DNA from: Candidatus Latescibacterota bacterium
GTDB lineage: Bacteria; Latescibacterota; UBA2968; UBA8231
Assembly: GCA_965204725.1 (NCBI GenBank)
Contig: OZ242005.1
Span: forward strand, 2,016,001 to 2,080,000
Direction: 5' to 3'
DNA length: 64,000 nt
The notes beneath the pieces were generated by a model. It did not search any database. It saw only the letters and a program-made list of their open reading frames with translations, and was not told where the DNA came from. Made by a program: the position numbers and the translations under genes. Every line of letters starts with the position of its first letter. Positions within the stretch are counted from its first letter, which is position 1. Of the stretch, positions 18,034 through 27,446 are shown in pieces.

Positions 18034-19958
18034 GCGGGTGGTTCCTCTCAAGCACGGACCACCTGCGCTCAACCCTTGAGAAAACGGCCCGGTTCGGGCG
18101 CGACCCCTTCGCCCTGCTCATCGCCGTCCTCGCCATCTTGGGCACCGCGCACGTCCTCGTCCGCACCGCTACCTACGGCGCGGCCGTCAACACGGATTCC
18201 ACACTTTTCCTGTCCACGGCCCTGAATGTCCTCGCGGGAGAAGGCTGGCAGGATTTCACCGGCTCCAAGGAGATCGAATGGCCGCCCTTGTTCCCCCTAC
18301 TGCTGGCGACCTGCGGTTGGATTGGCATCGAGCCGCTGGAGGCGGGTCGGTGGATCAACGCCATCGCCTTCGGGCTGACCATCTTTGCCGCTGGGAACTG
18401 GCTACGCTCAAATCTCCGGTCGCAGTGGTTGATGCTGGCCGCCACCGCGACCCTCACGGCCTCCCTGCCCCTGACCCATTTCGCGTCCTACCTCCTAACC
18501 GAGCCGCTCTTCGTCCTGTTCGCGCTCCTCGCCTCGATCCAGTTGGCGGCCGTCCTCAACCGCAAGACAGCGTGGCCTCCTCTGTGGTGGGCGGCGGTTT
18601 TCACCGCGTTGGCCGCGCTGACCCGCTATGCGGGCGTGGCCCTAATCGGCACCGGCGTCCTCGTGCTGCTGCCCCTCGCCCGGTGGAAGCATACCCTCGT
18701 CTTTGGCGCGGTCTCGTCCCTGCCCTTGCTGGCGAATTGGACGGTCTCCGAGACCTTGGCCGGCGACAGAGGCGAGTCCTCGGCGCAGTCCCTAGCCGAA
18801 GGGCTGCGCCAGATCGTTGAGGTGTTCCGCACGTGGGTCGTCCCCCCCAACGCGCCGGACGGGCTGGCGTATCTGCTATGGCTGGCGGTCGCCGCGGTCG
18901 TCCTCGCCAACGCCGCGGTCGTCCTGCGCGCCAGCCCCGCACCAGCATCCTTCCGCTTGAGGCCAGTGCTCCCTTTCGGAGGGTTCGCCGTGATCTACCT
19001 CGTATTTACGGTCGCGGCGCAGGGCATCGACAGCCGCTATCTGCTGCCGCTGTACGTGCCGCTGCTGCTGACGGCGGCGTTGCTGCTCGATCGGTTCCTA
19101 TCCATCGCCGCGGCGGGCTGGATAGTCACCGCCCGCTACGTCGTCGGGCTGGCGACCCTCGTCCACGTCGGCTGCTCGGCGCACGAAAACCTCCGTCTTA
19201 CCGCCCAAGCATGGAAAGCCGGGTACGAACAAAACCGGACGTACAACGCCGCCTCTTGGCAACACTCCGAGACCTTGAATTACCTCCGGGACCACCGCAT
19301 TGAGGGCAGGATTTACAGCAACCACAGATCACTGGCTTGGCTTGCGGATCGGACCGCGGCCCCAGGAAAGTACCAAGACCTCCCGCACGAGATGCAGTGG
19401 ACCGAGGCCGGCACCGGCGCGTATATCGTTTGGTTTGAGGGGTTCCACCAGCGAGATCACGACGGCCACGACGGCCTAGACCTCCGTCTGCTGCCCGGCG
19501 TGGAAACCGTGGCCGAACTGGCCGATGGCGTCGTATTCCGCGTAACGGCCGCCGAACCGTTCGATGCGGACAGGCAGCACACTTGGAAAGGACGCTACAT
19601 GGAGCTGGATGAACTCATCAGACAGGCCGGCGAGCGGGTGGTGCGCTCCGACTGGGACGTGTATCGCAATGGACGCCGGTTGACGTACCTCAAAAAGCCG
19701 TGCGCCTCGGCCGACACACAGGCGAAGTTCGTTTTGCACATCGTCCCGGCCGTCCCGGCCGACCTGCCAGACCACCGCAAACAGTACGGTTTTGACAATC
19801 TCGACTTCTATTTCAACCGGCGCGGCGTCCTGCTCGACGGCCAGTGTATCGCGATTGCCCAGCTCCCCGACTACGCCATCAGCCACATCCGCGTCGGCCA
19901 GTGGATTGCCGCCGAGAACCGGCATCTATGGGGAGCGGAGTTTTCAGGGGGCCAGTGA
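18030..19958 (+). CDS. GT-C-fold membrane glycosyltransferase paralog 5
   Basis: ATGA overlap; NTDS, WPPLFP, LTEPLF, DSRYLLP motifs and the shared C-terminal domain. Confidence 0.72.
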   Translation: MSGWFLSSTDHLRSTLEKTARFGRDPFALLIAVLAILGTAHVLVRTATYGAAVNTDSTLFLSTALNVLAGEGWQDFTGSKEIEWPPLFPLLLATCGWIGIEPLEAGRWINAIAFGLTIFAAGNWLRSNLRSQWLMLAATATLTASLPLTHFASYLLTEPLFVLFALLASIQLAAVLNRKTAWPPLWWAAVFTALAALTRYAGVALIGTGVLVLLPLARWKHTLVFGAVSSLPLLANWTVSETLAGDRGESSAQSLAEGLRQIVEVFRTWVVPPNAPDGLAYLLWLAVAAVVLANAAVVLRASPAPASFRLRPVLPFGGFAVIYLVFTVAAQGIDSRYLLPLYVPLLLTAALLLDRFLSIAAAGWIVTARYVVGLATLVHVGCSAHENLRLTAQAWKAGYEQNRTYNAASWQHSETLNYLRDHRIEGRIYSNHRSLAWLADRTAAPGKYQDLPHEMQWTEAGTGAYIVWFEGFHQRDHDGHDGLDLRLLPGVETVAELADGVVFRVTAAEPFDADRQHTWKGRYMELDELIRQAGERVVRSDWDVYRNGRRLTYLKKPCASADTQAKFVLHIVPAVPADLPDHRKQYGFDNLDFYFNRRGVLLDGQCIAIAQLPDYAISHIRVGQWIAAENRHLWGAEFSGGQ

Positions 19959-19969
19959 TAGGTGCCCGC

Positions 19970-20686
19970 TTAAACCGGCGGTGCTTCGAGAAAAACGCGC
20001 ACTCCCATATCGGCGTAGCGCGCCCTCCGGTCGGCCGTGCCATTGCGAAAACAGACCGCAGTATCCGTGCCCTGCAAGGCTTCAACCACGAGGCGCACGC
20101 AATCGTCAACGCTTTTGAGCTGGGGATGGCCCCGGTGATTTAGGTCCATTTGCAGGTCGGTAGGGCCAAAGGAGAGGCAATCGACCCCGGGGCACGCCAA
20201 GTTGAATGCACTCGTCGCGGCCGCCACGGATTCGACTTGCAGCCACAGCACCCCGTATTGGTTCCACCAATCCGCATAGTCTTGTGGGCGGCCGCTCGGG
20301 TCGCCAACGCGGGCACTGCCGCCGTGGCTACGCACCCCTTGCGGCAGATAGTAGAAATTGGCCACGGCCTCTTCAGCGGTTGCCGCGGTTTCCACCTGCG
20401 GCACTTCGATCCCCGACGGCCCCAAGTCCAAGTGGTTGCCGATCAGGTAGGTGTGGCGGGTGTGCTTGATGCGGAAGTGCAGGGGCAGCTTTAGCTCTTT
20501 GGCCATGCCCGCCAGCGCGACCAAGCGGTCTTCGCTGTACGGCGAGTGCTGGCTATCGGTAAAAACAAAATCGCACGCCCCCAACTCGGCGATTCGCCTG
20601 AACGCATCGCGCTCGATGTCGCCGCGGATGCCAAACCCCACCACCTGTTCGCCGCGCTTGATCTGCTGCTTCAAATTCGCTGCCAT
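19970..20686 (-). CDS. HpcH/HpaI aldolase family protein
   Basis: DFVFTDSQHSP, LDLGPSGIEVPQVE, QVES, FGPTDL. Confidence 0.85.
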   Translation of the reverse strand: MAANLKQQIKRGEQVVGFGIRGDIERDAFRRIAELGACDFVFTDSQHSPYSEDRLVALAGMAKELKLPLHFRIKHTRHTYLIGNHLDLGPSGIEVPQVETAATAEEAVANFYYLPQGVRSHGGSARVGDPSGRPQDYADWWNQYGVLWLQVESVAAATSAFNLACPGVDCLSFGPTDLQMDLNHRGHPQLKSVDDCVRLVVEALQGTDTAVCFRNGTADRRARYADMGVRVFLEAPPV

Positions 20687-20722
20687 GCTCGGGTCTCCTT
20701 TGAGAAAGGGCCGGACGCTCGG

Positions 20723-21586
20723 TTAGGTGTACAGCCCGAATAGGCTAGCCACCAACCAGAGCAGGGTATTGATCTGCAAGGGCCGATCGCTCCAGACGAC
20801 GGCCGTTGGGTCGTCCCCCTGCCCTCGGTGGTACACTAGATAGAGATAGCGCAACACGCCGTAGAGCACAAAAGGGATGGTCCACTGCATTTGCACCCCC
20901 TCTGCATCGTTCATCCCCATCGCGTACAGCGCGTAGCAAACCATGGTCACGGCCGTGAGGACGGCGATCATCTGGTCGAGGAACGGTACGCTGTATTCAT
21001 CGAGGATGGCGCGGTGATCCGCGGCCCCGTCCATCAGTTGGACGAGCTCCTGTCGGCGCTTGACCGCCGCCACGAAGAGCACCAGCGCGAAGATGCAGAC
21101 GATAAACCAAGTGGAAATAGGCACCTCAATGACCACGCCGCCGCCAACTGCCCGCAGCAGGTAACACGCGGCCACGATGAGCACATCGACCAACACCACG
21201 TGCTTGAGCCGGAGCGAGTACGCCGCGTTGAGCGCCGCGTAGAGTGCGGCTACCCCCCCCAAATGAGGGTGTAGCCAAAAAGCACCGGCCAACGCAAGGG
21301 TCAACGCGACCAAAGCCGCCCCCCCGGCCAATGGGACCGAGAGATGGCCGGCGGCAATTGGCCGGTGGCACTTTTGGGGATGCAGGCGGTCGTACTGGCG
21401 GTCGAAGATGTCGTTAAAAAGATAGACGCCCCCGCTCAGCAGGACGAAGCAGAGGGCCGCCCCTAAGCTGCGTACTAGGTAGGGAATTTCAAAGAGATGT
21501 TCGGAAAAGACGAGGGCGGGAAAGACGAAGACATTCTTGATCCATTGCCGGGGGCGCATGGACCACAGGATGTAGTAGAGCGACAA
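20723..21586 (-). CDS. Decaprenyl-phosphate phosphoribosyltransferase (UbiA superfamily)
   Basis: MRPRQWIKN, YLFNDIFD..YDRLHPQKCHRPIAAG, KRRQEL, GDDPT...D. Confidence 0.88.
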   Translation of the reverse strand: MSLYYILWSMRPRQWIKNVFVFPALVFSEHLFEIPYLVRSLGAALCFVLLSGGVYLFNDIFDRQYDRLHPQKCHRPIAAGHLSVPLAGGAALVALTLALAGAFWLHPHLGGVAALYAALNAAYSLRLKHVVLVDVLIVAACYLLRAVGGGVVIEVPISTWFIVCIFALVLFVAAVKRRQELVQLMDGAADHRAILDEYSVPFLDQMIAVLTAVTMVCYALYAMGMNDAEGVQMQWTIPFVLYGVLRYLYLVYHRGQGDDPTAVVWSDRPLQINTLLWLVASLFGLYT

Positions 21587-21627
21587 AACGGGGCTATGCT
21601 TCTATACGACCGGAGAGCAGAGGCCGT

Positions 21628-22188
21628 TTAGACCTCCATGATCTCCTTTTCCTTGGTTTCGATGATTCCGTCAACGGAGGCTACGTATTCAGCGGTCAGC
21701 TCCTGCACCTTTTTCTGCGCGCTGCGCGATTCGTCTTCGGAGAGGTCCCCGTCCTTTTGGGCTTGCTGGAGCAGGTCTATTCCGTCGCGCCGCGCATGGC
21801 GCACCGCAACCCGCCCCTCCTCGGCGCGGTGCCGGGCGACTTTGGTGATTTCCACCCGCCGCTCCTCGGTCAGCTCGGGAATGGGCAGCCGGATGATGGT
21901 GCCGTCGTTGGCCGGATTGAGGCCCAAGCTCTTGTCGGCGAGGATGGCCCGTTCAATCACGGGAATTAAGGCCGCCTCCCAAGGCTTAATCGTCAACAAG
22001 CGCGGCTCGGGGACGCTGATGGTCGCCACCTGATTGAGTGGCGTCTGTTGGCCGTAGTAATCCACCCGCACATTGTCGAGCATGGCGACCGAGGCTCGCC
22101 CCGTGCGGATGGAGGCCAAGTCGCGGCGCAGGGCCTCAATGGCCTTATCCATAGCCTCTTTTACTGTTTCAAGGACCTCTTCCAGCAT
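21628..22188 (-). CDS. frr: Ribosome recycling factor
   Basis: IRTGRAS, VDYYG, PELTEERR, KEKEIMEV. Confidence 0.97.
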   Translation of the reverse strand: MLEEVLETVKEAMDKAIEALRRDLASIRTGRASVAMLDNVRVDYYGQQTPLNQVATISVPEPRLLTIKPWEAALIPVIERAILADKSLGLNPANDGTIIRLPIPELTEERRVEITKVARHRAEEGRVAVRHARRDGIDLLQQAQKDGDLSEDESRSAQKKVQELTAEYVASVDGIIETKEKEIMEV

Positions 22189-22206
22189 GGCGGCCTCACT
22201 CAGGCG

Positions 22207-22809
22207 TCAGGCGTCTTCACCCAATACGAACCGCTCAAAGCGACGCACGGTAATTTTTTCGCCGATTTTGGCGGTGATCGCGGTGACGAGCTCGCCGATG
22301 GTCTGGTCGGGGTCTTTGACGAAGACCTGTTCCATTAGGCAGTTTTCCTGATAGAACTTCTCCATCCGACCCACGACGATTTTCTCGGCAATGTGCGCGG
22401 GCTTGCCCTCGTTTTTGGCCTGTTCGAGGTAGATGGCCCGCTCTCTTGCCACGGCGTCGGCGGGAATGCCCTCCCGATCGACCGCCAAAGGCTGGGAGGC
22501 GGCAATGTGCATCGCCACATCCTTGGCGAACCCTTGGAAGTCGTCGGTGCGAGCGACGAAGTCGGTTTCGCAGTTGACCTCTAACAACACCCCGAGGCGG
22601 CTGCCTTGGTGAATATAGGCTTGGATCAGGCCCTCGCTGGCGTCGCGGCCGGCCCGCTTCTCCACGGCCGACAAGCCCTGCTTGCGCAAGTACTCAATGG
22701 CCTTTTCGCTGTCGCCGCCGGTCTCTTGCAGGGCCTTCTTGCAGTCCATCATGCCCAAGCCCGTCTTTTGCCGGAGCATCCGTACGCTTTGTGCGGTAAT
22801 CTGAGTCAT
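22207..22809 (-). CDS. tsf: Elongation factor Ts (short form)
   Basis: LRQKTGLGMMDCKKAL, EVNCETDFVA. Confidence 0.97.
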   Translation of the reverse strand: MTQITAQSVRMLRQKTGLGMMDCKKALQETGGDSEKAIEYLRKQGLSAVEKRAGRDASEGLIQAYIHQGSRLGVLLEVNCETDFVARTDDFQGFAKDVAMHIAASQPLAVDREGIPADAVARERAIYLEQAKNEGKPAHIAEKIVVGRMEKFYQENCLMEQVFVKDPDQTIGELVTAITAKIGEKITVRRFERFVLGEDA

Positions 22810-22843
22810 TGTCGTTTGCTTTCAAAAATGGTGAATCGGCGGT

Positions 22844-23584
22844 CTAGGCCGGGGCCGCTTCGGCCTCTTGCTTGTCGTCGCGGGCGGCCTTCTCGGCCTC
22901 GGCCTCGGCCTTGCCCTCAAGCACCGCGTCGGCGACGAGGCGCGTGATCAGGCCGATTGAGCGGATGGCATCGTCGTTGCCCGGGATTGGATAGGTCACT
23001 AAGTCGGGGTCGCAGTTGGTATCGACGATGGCCACCGAAGGAATGCCTAGCTTGGCCGTCTCGCGCACGGCGATGTGCTCCTTCTTGATGTCTATGATAA
23101 AGACCAAGCCCGGCAGGCCGCCCATGTTGCGGATGCCGGCCAAGGTCCGCTGGAGCCGGGCGCGCTCTTTTTCGAGCAGCAGGACCTCTTTTTTCTTGAG
23201 GTTCTCGTACGTCCCGTCGCCTGAGATGCGGTCGAGATGCTCCAAGTGCCGGATGCTCTGGCGGATGGTCTGCCAGTTGGTCAACATCCCGCCGAGCCAG
23301 CGCTCGGTGGCGTGGAACATCCCGCAGCGCTCGGCCTCCTGCCGCACCAGATCCGCCGCCTGCTTCTTCGTGCCGACGAAGAACACGGCGCGGCCAGCGC
23401 GGGCCGTCTGGCGCACGGCTTCGCAAGCGGCTTCAACCTTGCCGACCGTCTTTTGCAGGTCAATGATGTGGATGCCGTTGCGCTCGGTGAAGATGTAGGG
23501 CCGCATTTTGGGATTCCAACGCCGAGTCTGGTGCCCGAAGTGGGTCCCGGCTTCCAGCAAATCGCGGATGGTAAAATCGGCCAT
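22844..23584 (-). CDS. rpsB: 30S ribosomal protein S2
   Basis: [37 protein letters not shown]; AGGAG RBS. Confidence 0.98.
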   Translation of the reverse strand: MADFTIRDLLEAGTHFGHQTRRWNPKMRPYIFTERNGIHIIDLQKTVGKVEAACEAVRQTARAGRAVFFVGTKKQAADLVRQEAERCGMFHATERWLGGMLTNWQTIRQSIRHLEHLDRISGDGTYENLKKKEVLLLEKERARLQRTLAGIRNMGGLPGLVFIIDIKKEHIAVRETAKLGIPSVAIVDTNCDPDLVTYPIPGNDDAIRSIGLITRLVADAVLEGKAEAEAEKAARDDKQEAEAAPA

Positions 23585-23597
23585 TATCGCTCCTAAG

Positions 23598-23694
23598 TGA
23601 GTTGGGCCTCCGCCTCCTTCATTTACACACAGAAGCCCCGCAGCCGCTGAACGCCTGCGGGACACTCTCTGCTGTGCATCGGGAAGCGTGTGTA
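23598..23694 (-). promoter_or_regulatory. Probable rpsB (S2 autoregulatory, t44-like) leader
   Basis: CACACGCTTCC...GGAGGCGGAGG flanks that can pair, plus an internal GC-rich hairpin, in the rpsI-rpsB spacer. Confidence 0.5.
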
Positions 23695-23706
23695 TTGGAA
23701 ATGGGA

Positions 23707-24099
23707 CTAGCGCTTGGAAAATTGGAAGCGCTTGCGCGCCCCGGCCAATCCGTACTTTTTGCGCTCTTTCTCGCGGGCATCGCGCGTCAAAAAGCCGCCC
23801 TTCTTCAAGACTTCCCGCTTCTGCGGGTCGTACTGAACCAAGGCGCGGGCAATGCCCAAACAGGCGGCCCCGGCTTGGCCGCGCAGGCCACCGCCCCGGG
23901 TGGAAATGTGAATGTCAAACGTATGCCGCGTTTCGGTCAGGTCCAGCGGCTGCACGAGGATCATCTCTAGGGAATCGCGGCGCAGGTATTCGCCGACCGC
24001 GCGGCCGTTCATGTAAATAGTGCCATCGCCGAGTTGCATCCGCACTCGGGCTACCGAGGTCTTTCTGCGGCCGGTCGCTTCGTAGCTTTCTAAGGGCAT
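23707..24099 (-). CDS. rpsI: 30S ribosomal protein S9
   Basis: [23 protein letters not shown]. Confidence 0.98.
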   Translation of the reverse strand: MPLESYEATGRRKTSVARVRMQLGDGTIYMNGRAVGEYLRRDSLEMILVQPLDLTETRHTFDIHISTRGGGLRGQAGAACLGIARALVQYDPQKREVLKKGGFLTRDAREKERKKYGLAGARKRFQFSKR

Positions 24100-24117
24100 G
24101 GGCGCGTTGCCTTTGGC

Positions 24118-24552
24118 TTAAAGTTCGAGCGGCTGGGGGGTTTGCGCTTGATGCCGGTGCTCGCCGCCGACATAGACGCGGAGCTTCTTGAGCTGCATCC
24201 GGCCCAACTTGGTGTGCGGCAGCATGCCCCGCACGGCCTTGCGGATGATCCGCTCGGGATGCCGCTCGGCCATGCGGCTGTAGGGCGTCGCCCGCAAGCC
24301 ACCGGGATAGCCGGTGTGGCGATAATAGACCTTCTTTGCGGCCTTGTCGCCTGTCACCCGCACCTTATCGGCGTGAATTACGATGACGTGATCTCCCACA
24401 TCGACATGCGGGGCGTATTCGGGCTTGCCCTTGCCGCGCAGCACTTGGGCGATTTCCGAAGCCAGCCGCCCTAGTATCTTGTCTGTGGCATCGACCACAA
24501 ACCACTGCCGCTTGATTTCGCCCGCTTTAGGGGCGTAGGTAATGTCGTTCAT
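24118..24552 (-). CDS. rplM: 50S ribosomal protein L13
   Basis: WFVVDA, LGRLAS, HTGYPGG, AVRGMLP. Confidence 0.98.
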   Translation of the reverse strand: MNDITYAPKAGEIKRQWFVVDATDKILGRLASEIAQVLRGKGKPEYAPHVDVGDHVIVIHADKVRVTGDKAAKKVYYRHTGYPGGLRATPYSRMAERHPERIIRKAVRGMLPHTKLGRMQLKKLRVYVGGEHRHQAQTPQPLEL

Positions 24553-24594
24553 CAGTTTTTTCTTTGGATTATTCAGATTATATAGAAGTTGTTT

Positions 24595-24623
24595 AACGTA
24601 AGCCCTCTATCTTTGCTTGTCAA
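24595..24623 (-). promoter_or_regulatory. Sigma70-type promoter for the rplM operon
   Basis: TTGACA-17 bp-TACGTT on the minus strand. Confidence 0.6.
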
Positions 24624-25228
24624 GACTGGTCCACCCGCCGCTTGCGCCACCAACGCCCGAGCAACACCGCCCCCACCAAGCACAATATCCCGACCAATAC
24701 TCTATTGTATTGCGCGAGCACTGCCGTGACCTGTTCCCAACTCTCGCCGACCAAAAACCCGGCGTAGAGCAGCAACCCGTTCCAAACCGCCATGCCAATC
24801 GAACTGCACAGTACCACGGTCGGCCAAGGCATGCGGCCTAGCCCCGCACCGATGGCGATGACCGACCGAATGCCGCTCAAGAACCGGTTGCCTAGAATGA
24901 GCGCGACGCCGTAGCGACTGAGCCACCGCTCGGCTTGGGCCAGCTTGGCCGTGCCCCGACGCCCCGCGAAGAAGGCGCGTCCCCGGCTATAGCCCAGATA
25001 GTACATGACTAAAAAACCAGCCGTGCCCCCAACGCAAGTAACCAAAAAAACCGGCCATATATTCAAGAGGCCGCGCCCTACCAAATAGGCACTAAATACC
25101 ACCACCGTATCGCCCGGTACCGGCGGCACGATGTTTTCCAAAAAGGCACTGAGCAACAACAGGCCGTACGCCCACAGCGGATCAACGCCCGACAGGGCCG
25201 CGAGCAGGGAATCCAAATAGGCCGCCAT
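24620..25228 (-). CDS. DedA family membrane protein
   Basis: ENIVPPVPGD, YYLG, NRFLSGIRS. Confidence 0.9.
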   Translation of the reverse strand: MAAYLDSLLAALSGVDPLWAYGLLLLSAFLENIVPPVPGDTVVVFSAYLVGRGLLNIWPVFLVTCVGGTAGFLVMYYLGYSRGRAFFAGRRGTAKLAQAERWLSRYGVALILGNRFLSGIRSVIAIGAGLGRMPWPTVVLCSSIGMAVWNGLLLYAGFLVGESWEQVTAVLAQYNRVLVGILCLVGAVLLGRWWRKRRVDQS

Positions 25229-25231
25229 GCT

Positions 25232-26407
25232 TTAGAGCACCAAAAGGGCCACGGCTTGGGCCGCCATACCCTCCTCGCGCCCGACGAACCCCAAGCGCTC
25301 GGTGGTCGTGGCCTTGAGCGAAACTTGCTCCACCGCTAGGCCCAAGGTCGCAGCGAGCGTTTGGCGCATCGCCGCTAGGTGCGGCGCGAGTTTGGGCCGC
25401 TGGGCTGCGACGCCGGCGTCGATGTGTAAGACCCGCGCCCCGCGTTCCGCCAGCAGGTTGCCGACCCGTTCGAGCAGCACCAAGCTCGATATATCCTTGT
25501 ATTGCGCGTCCGAGTCGGGAAAGAGTTGGCCAATATCCCCGGCCGATAGAGCACCCAAGAGCGCGTCAATTATGGCATGCGTCAACACATCGGCGTCCGA
25601 GTGGCCCGCTAGTCCCCGCGCAAAGGGCACGACGACCCCGCCCAAAATTAGGGGCCGCCCTTCCTCCAAGCGATGTACGTCGTATCCCTGTCCTATGCGC
25701 AAGCCCATGGCCGGCATCTCCTCCCTTGCGCGCATTCGCCACTCAGCCCAAGCCAGATCCTCGGGCGTAGTCAGCTTGCGGTTGTCGGCTTCGCCGGGCA
25801 CGACGCAGACTTCGTGGCCCAACCGCTCGACCAGCGCGGCGTCGTCCGTGGCCCCCGCATCAGGCCCGGCCGCGTGGTATGCCCTCAGAAGCAGCGCGCG
25901 GTCAAAGCCCTGCGGGGTCTGCGCCTGCCACAACCGCTCGCGCCGCGGCGTACGGACGACCCGCTCGCCCAGCACCTCCTTAATCGTCTCTACTACGGGT
26001 AGCGCGGGCAGCGCCGCTCCGTGTGTGCGCGTGGCAGCGACGACCCGCTCCAGCAATTCCTCCGAAATAAAGGGCCGCACCGCGTCGTGGACCAATACCA
26101 TATCGGCGCGGGTCTCCTGCAAACCTCGATACACGGATGCGCTGCGCTCCGCCCCCCCGGGCACGAGGGCGGCGATTTTGGCAAAGCCTCCGCGCTCGCT
26201 CAGTTGGCGGCGACAATAGTCCAAGTCCGCGCCCCGCACGACCAAGACGATATCGGTCACCAGCGGACTGGCTTCGAGGCGGGCGAGCGCGTGCCAGAGT
26301 ATGGGCCGACTTCCCAACGGGAGATACTGCTTGGGCCAGTCGCCGCCCATGCGCTGGCCCCGGCCACCGGCCGGCACGATGGCGGTTATGCGTTCCACAG
26401 CCGTCAC
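25232..26407 (-). CDS. ispDF: Bifunctional IspD/IspF
   Basis: PAGGRGQRMG...KQY, HDAVRP, QTPQGF, then RIGQGYDVH, GHSDADV, KATTTE. Confidence 0.95.
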   Translation of the reverse strand: MTAVERITAIVPAGGRGQRMGGDWPKQYLPLGSRPILWHALARLEASPLVTDIVLVVRGADLDYCRRQLSERGGFAKIAALVPGGAERSASVYRGLQETRADMVLVHDAVRPFISEELLERVVAATRTHGAALPALPVVETIKEVLGERVVRTPRRERLWQAQTPQGFDRALLLRAYHAAGPDAGATDDAALVERLGHEVCVVPGEADNRKLTTPEDLAWAEWRMRAREEMPAMGLRIGQGYDVHRLEEGRPLILGGVVVPFARGLAGHSDADVLTHAIIDALLGALSAGDIGQLFPDSDAQYKDISSLVLLERVGNLLAERGARVLHIDAGVAAQRPKLAPHLAAMRQTLAATLGLAVEQVSLKATTTERLGFVGREEGMAAQAVALLVL

Positions 26408-27432
26408 GCGATCATCATGGCATCGCCATAGCTATAGAAGCGATAGCCTCGCTCTACGGCCTCGCGGTAAGCGGCCAAAAGCCGTTCCCGCCCGACGAAC
26501 GCGGCCACGAGCAACAACAGGCTCGAGCGCGGCAAGTGAAAGTTCGTCACCAAACTATCGACCGCTTTGAAGGGATAGGGCGGATAGATAAACGCATCGG
26601 CCCAGCCCGCCCGGGCCCGCACATTGCCCTCGGCATCGACACTCGACTCCAAGGTCCGCACCACCGTAGTCCCGACGGCCACGACGCGCCCAGCGGATGC
26701 GCGGCAACGCTTGAGCGCGGCCGCCACCGGCTCGTCGATTTCGCAGTATTCAGGCTCGAGTACATGCTGGCGCGGGTCGGCGCAGCGCACTGGCTCAAAC
26801 GTGCTTGGCCCCACGTGCAAAATAACCTTCAGAACCGCCACGCCCTTGGCCGCGATCGCCGCGATTAACTGAGGGGTAAAGTGCAGGCCAGCCGTGGGCG
26901 CGGCCACGGCACCCGGACGAGCCGCATAGACGGTCTGATAGCGCGTTCGGTCCGCGGCCTCGGGCGCACGCCGAATATAGGGCGGCAGCGGTATTTCCCC
27001 GATCTCTTCGAGCCGCGCCAGCACGTCCTCAACGGCAAAGCGCACGCGGAACCGCCCCGGCGCGATCTGCTCGACGATGTGCGCTTCCACCGCTCCAGCG
27101 CCAAACTCCAACCGCGTCTTTGGTTGTAAGCTCCGCCCGGGGCGTCCCAGAGCTAGCCAATCGCCCGCCGGTAGCGGCCTGATCAACAGCAGCTCCACTC
27201 GGCCTCCGGTCGCCGCTTTACGGCCCCTGAGCCGCGCCGGCACGACCTGTGTTTGGTTCAATACTAGGGCGTCGCCGGGCGCGAGGTGATCGACGATGGC
27301 CCCAAAGTGTAGGTGCTGCAAGGAACCATCCGCCCGGTTCAAGAGCAAAAGGCGCGCTTGATCGCGCTCGGGGGGCGGGCGTTGGGCTATGAGCGCCTCG
27401 GGCAGGTCAAAATCGTATTCGACCAGTTGCAT
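26404..27432 (-). CDS. queA: S-adenosylmethionine:tRNA ribosyltransferase-isomerase
   Basis: LPPYI, RYQTVYA, AAPTAGLHF, TNFHLP, FYSYGDAM. Confidence 0.97.
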   Translation of the reverse strand: MQLVEYDFDLPEALIAQRPPPERDQARLLLLNRADGSLQHLHFGAIVDHLAPGDALVLNQTQVVPARLRGRKAATGGRVELLLIRPLPAGDWLALGRPGRSLQPKTRLEFGAGAVEAHIVEQIAPGRFRVRFAVEDVLARLEEIGEIPLPPYIRRAPEAADRTRYQTVYAARPGAVAAPTAGLHFTPQLIAAIAAKGVAVLKVILHVGPSTFEPVRCADPRQHVLEPEYCEIDEPVAAALKRCRASAGRVVAVGTTVVRTLESSVDAEGNVRARAGWADAFIYPPYPFKAVDSLVTNFHLPRSSLLLLVAAFVGRERLLAAYREAVERGYRFYSYGDAMMIA

Positions 27433-27446
27433 CGCGGGGGGCCAAC

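Noticed and set aside
1-19958. Diversity-generating retroelement acting on the paralog 3' repeats
   Set aside because: No reverse transcriptase in the window. Differences between copies are not adenine-specific, and the 3' repeat is the most conserved part rather than the most variable.
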